Below are positions 59,533 to 64,000 of a DNA stretch of 64,000 nt, piece after piece; position 1 is the first letter of the stretch, and every line of letters starts with the position of its first letter. The notes under the pieces were generated by a model that saw only the letters and a list, made by a program, of their open reading frames with translations, was not told the origin of the DNA and made no database searches. A program made the translations under genes and the position numbers. Source of the DNA: Narcine bancroftii (lineage: Eukaryota); the NCBI RefSeq assembly GCF_036971445.1, contig NC_091480.1:69130001-69194000 (forward strand). Reading direction: 5' to 3'.

Positions 59533-61215
59533 CTGTAAGATTTCAAATAGCCAAATAGGAATAGATCAGTTAATTAAGAGGGCCCAGAATTACACTGCCT
59601 CAATGCAAGATTTAAAAGCACAATCGTCAAAACTACTTTAGCAACATCTAGCTTCCTCAAAGCTTATGCAAGAATAAATACCGCTCACTACGAGTGTGGG
59701 GAATGAAGAGAAACTTTTGCAGCAACCGTTCTTGTCACCAGGATCATTTTAGTCGATTTGGTCTTATGGATTCACCTGAAATTTGTGAAGTCAACTTTTG
59801 TTTTTGATAGGGGTTCATGGGAGCCATAGTTCAGAGGTTTTTCCTCGCTCATCCCCGAGCCAGAAGGACATGGGCTCAACTCCCACTTTTCAGGAAACAA
59901 AGGTCCCAGCATGGTGTTGAGGGAGTGCTGCACTGCCAGAGGTGCTGCCTTTCAGACAAGATGGCAAAATTGAGGCCCCATCTGTTCCCTCAACTGAATA
60001 GTACAATTTCAAAAGCAAACCAAGGAGTTTGCCCTGGTCTCCATACGTTTATCCTTCAATCAATTAAGTTTATGGAACTTCTACAAATTTTATACAACAA
60101 GTGCCTTCACTTTCAAAAGTACTTAATTGGGAAAAAGTAAATCATAAAAGTTTGCAGATACTGTATGGGCACTTTGATGAAGGGCTCAAGCCTGAAATGT
60201 CAGTTCTGTATCTTTGTTAAGTTTCTCCAGCATTTGTGTTTTTACTTAATTGGGAAAGGGTCAACGTTCAATTTGTCTTTAACATAGCAATACAAATATT
60301 AAAGCAATTTAACGATTGCACATTTAGATCACTCTAGTCTTTGGGAAATTGAAATTATGATTTGAACACGTTAAAACTTTTGCAAGATTTCAGCTCCAAT
60401 TTTGTTTCAGCATTATGACCACTTGCACAATGAAAAACACTTTTTTCCCTCCCCGTTTTTCCCAAAAAACATTCTTGAGAAGAGGTCCGCTGGACTCTGG
60501 TAGCTCAGCTGAGTCAGGCCATTGGTTATGGACTGTATCTTCGCCTCCTCTGGAGACTATGCAACCCGTTGAGTTTCTCCTGCATTTTCGACAACCAGAG
60601 ACTTTCTTGTTTTACTGCATTCTTCTCCTCCCCTATTGAAATGCAACTTCGCAACGTGACCCCACTGCTTCTGCATTACAAAGACTTTATGGCGCTATAC
60701 AGAATCAAAAATGTATTGGCATGTACGAAATGCGTTGTTTTGGAGCATCACAGAGCAAACCACCTTGCAAACATAAAAAACGAGTGCACAGAAAGTCGAA
60801 GGTAGGCAGCGTCAGTGATTCATTGATCATTCAGGAATCTATCTGATGGCAGCGGGGTCTGACAATGGGACAGGATCTGAAGAGGTTGGTTCAGCCTTGC
60901 TACACCGTTTGACCTGCTGAGTTTCTCCAGCGTTGTGTTTTTACATCAATCACAGTGTCTGCAGACTTCCATGTTTTACTTGCAAAACTTAAAACACTTC
61001 TTGAACACTGCCTCATCTCTCCCAGATTATCTCAAACAACCTGCCGAGTTTCTCCAGTACTTTTGTGTCTTAAAGTCTGCAGCCTTTCGTGTCTAGGGTT
61101 CCCGCACATCCCTGGGCTACACTGCCTCACTGAATCACACCAGCACGACAGAAGTGGCAAGAAGTCGTGCACGGCATCAAGCTACGGCTCGCTCTGCTCC
61201 ACCGTGCCCACTCAC

Positions 61216-61546
61216 CCGTGTGTTGGACCTGGTTCCTGCGCTTCGACCGCCGGCAGATGCCCCTGCCCTGCAGCAGCGCTTGAAGAGGCGCTCTCTCCCC
61301 GCCGCGAGGCACACACTTGAGGCCAGACGCGCAGCTCTCGGTGTACACACCGCACGCCGCTCCCTCCGCCAGCGCGCATGTCAGGCAGCAGCCGCAGCCG
61401 GACTCTCTCACCAGCTCGCAGCCCCTGGGGGGGTGGCAGGAGGACATCTCCTCCTCACTGCACGGGCCGCACTCGATCATCGCAGCCAGTGCGCGGAGCT
61501 GGCTGGAGAGTCCGAGCCAGGCGAGCAGGACGTAGATCCCGTACAT
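61216..61546 (-). CDS. IGFBP6: IGFBP exon 1 (signal peptide plus 12-Cys IB domain); full protein 261 aa
   Basis: [21 protein letters not shown]...GCGCCLTC...CGVYT..C..GL.C...[12 protein letters not shown]; GTGAGT donor in phase 1. The IGFBP call is secure; the paralog assignment rests on adjacency to SOAT2 and on DIYIPNCD/RGHCWCVD. Confidence 0.88.
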
Positions 61547-61600
61547 TGTTTGCAGCAGCTTGTTCGCTCCTCGACATTGCTCAGCCTGCTATTCCCCCCC

Positions 61601-61695
61601 TTTTTAAATAGGCAGGCAAGGGCAGGCCCCAGAAGCTGAATAGGCAAGAAATTATTTAAATAGCATATGGAGGGGGGCCGATATATGTACGTGAC
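61601..61695 (-). promoter_or_regulatory. IGFBP proximal promoter: TATA-like TATTTAAA elements and a TACGTG HRE-like motif
   Basis: TATTTAAAAA at 61610-61601, TATTTAAAT at about 61662-61654, TACGTG at 61688-61693. Confidence 0.45.
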
Positions 61696-64000
61696 AGGGC
61701 GTCCGCTATCTTGCCGCATGGTTTGTGAATGGGATGGTCTAACATTCAAGTACATGCAAAAAGTTTACTCATGAACTTTTCACACTTTGTTTTAACTTGT
61801 TTTCATTTCTGGATTACACAATTATTTTTGCTCAACACTTTTCAAATAAGTGAATTTTATTCGTAGGTATTTTATGAACAATTCGTAGGTATTTTCTGCT
61901 TTTATGGAGATTAATGTTTTCAAATAGGAGTATATCTTCCAGCTAAATACTTTCAGATATGCGTTTAGGTGTTTTTTTTTCATGCAGAAATATTTATTTC
62001 TTGTTACTTCTTGTTGATGTGGGCATTTTCAGACAGAGGTATTTAATATTTATTTGGCTTGGAGTTTTCAGTTATAAGTTTTAGGTGTTTCCAATGTTTC
62101 TTGTATTTAACTTTTTTGCAGTTTTATTTGAAAGTGCCTACTTATTGCACATGTATATTGCAGTTATTTTAGGTTCATATTTTACTGATAATTTTTTAAT
62201 CTTTGTGTTCTTACTCAAAAATGTCTACACAATGCACAACATTCTTTTAAATTTTTATTTAATTCTTAGGTTGTAGGAATTGCGAGCATAACCAGCAATA
62301 ATTACTCATTACTCCTGAGGGTTTTCAGCCTCTTTTTTTTGGAACCACTGCTATTGAAAGGACCTGTACTCCCACATTGCTGTTGGATAGGGTGTTCCAG
62401 GAGTTTGATTCTTCTGTAATGATGAAAGAACTAATATTTGTTCAAGTCAGAAGTTGGTGTTGTTTCCTGCTGGCCTTGTCCTTCAAGGTTGTCCAGGTCA
62501 TGGGTTTCAGAGGAACTGTTGAAGAAGCCTCCTGTGCACACCACAACTGCGGTGTGCCAGCGTTGGCAGACTAAATGGTCAATGCAATAGATTGGGTTTT
62601 AAAAAAAAATCAAGTAGATTGCCTTGACTGCACATCTTTGGTGTTGCTTGAACTAGATTCACCTGGGCACATGGAGAGTACTGAAAAAATACTGGGAAAT
62701 CAAGATTGGATTTGCTAGTTTCTGAACAATGTGCCTGTTTTTTTTTAAGCATATACTTGATGCAAACCAATGATTTTGTTTTTTTTTAAGACAATAGATG
62801 CTAGTTTCGAATGCCTTGTTAGTGTTCAAATTTCAATATGGTATAAAAAGTGCCATTCAGCCCATGAAGTCTCGCTGGCTCTCAGAACAATCCCATTCAC
62901 CCTTTAAAACATCTACCTATTTCACTGTAACTTGCTTTCTCTCATATGCCCATCAACTCGCTGTGATTTCTTTTCCCCGTCACCTACCAACAATGCCATG
63001 ACCCATTACATTGGGGTAATTTACAGTAACCAATTAACCCACCAACAAGCACATCTTTGGGATGTGGCAAGAAACCAAAGCACAGAGGGGAAACCCTTGC
63101 AGTCATTGAGAATCACTCCACATAGTGAGCACTGGAGATCAGCAGCAAACCTGGTCTGCTGGAAGCACTATAACCATATAACAATTACAGCACGGAAACA
63201 GGCCATCTCGGCCCTTCTAGTCCACACTGAACTAAGTACCCTCCCCATAACCCTCCATTCTCCTCCCATCCATATACCTATCCAATTTTTCCTTGAATGA
63301 CAAAATGGACTCTGCTGCCGCTACTTCTCCCAGAAGATATCTGCTGTGCCATCCTAATAGACATATGCAGTGTGTAATGTAAATAACAATACACTCATCA
63401 TTAAACCATCACTATTGTTAAGTGAAATCCACTACCTTCTATGAGTTCTATTCCAGGCTTCATTCCCAAGCCACCAATTCCATCCTTTTCCCTGTCCACA
63501 GCCGTGGTTTGAACCAGACCAATCACAATCTTGGAATCGTATTTGACTTTGAGCTGAATTTCCAACTCTGTCTCTTCATTTCAAAGGCCAGCCCCATCTA
63601 AAATCACCCACACCCAATCCTGATTTGGCACACCAGATGCTGCAGCCCTCAATTATGTTCTATTTTATAACCTTTGGATTGGCTCTCTTGGCTGCCTTCC
63701 CAGTTTCTTTTCCTTGAGTTCAGAACCCTTTTGGTAACTGTAATCTCTGATAGTACTGTAGTAACTCTGCAATTCTGTGCATCCCAGTTTTTTCGCCATG
63801 CTATTTGTGGCCATACTTTAATGCAATCCAATTGTGAATCTCTGGAATCCCCTTTCCAAACTGCTCTGCCTCTTCACAATCTTTTCTTTCCTCTCCTGCC
63901 CCAGCACATGGCCACCTCTCCTCAATGTGACATTCTTTGGCTCAGTGTCAATTCCCCATTTTCTGTAAAACACTGGCAGACACTACTACATTAAAGGCAC

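Overview
Vertebrate nuclear DNA; the repeat complement (CR1, V-SINE-like, Penelope-like, Rex1, RTE, hAT) suggests a cartilaginous fish, probably a ray (inference). I reconstructed three minus-strand genes by hand from splice sites and reading phase. (1) A 4-exon IGF-binding protein (61546-51486, 261 aa), most likely IGFBP6 by its position next to SOAT2 and its C-domain motifs, but keeping the ancestral 12-Cys GCGCCxxC N-domain. (2) A complete 15-coding-exon SOAT2/ACAT2 (40207-13019, 534 aa) with FYKDWWT in place of the usual FYxDWWN. (3) An intronless Reprimo-family gene (5656-5339, 105 aa), possibly RPRM3. Most of the rest is transposon debris, often nested. Notable items are Penelope-like fragments with inverted ends and degenerate minimal hammerhead-ribozyme motifs, a hairpin MITE built from inverted SINE tails, an RTE LINE splitting a foldback element, solo LTRs and several minisatellites. 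One assembly gap lies at 31933-32134. No prokaryote-type system (CRISPR etc.) is present. Repeat boundaries are approximate unless TSDs are given; no searches were run.
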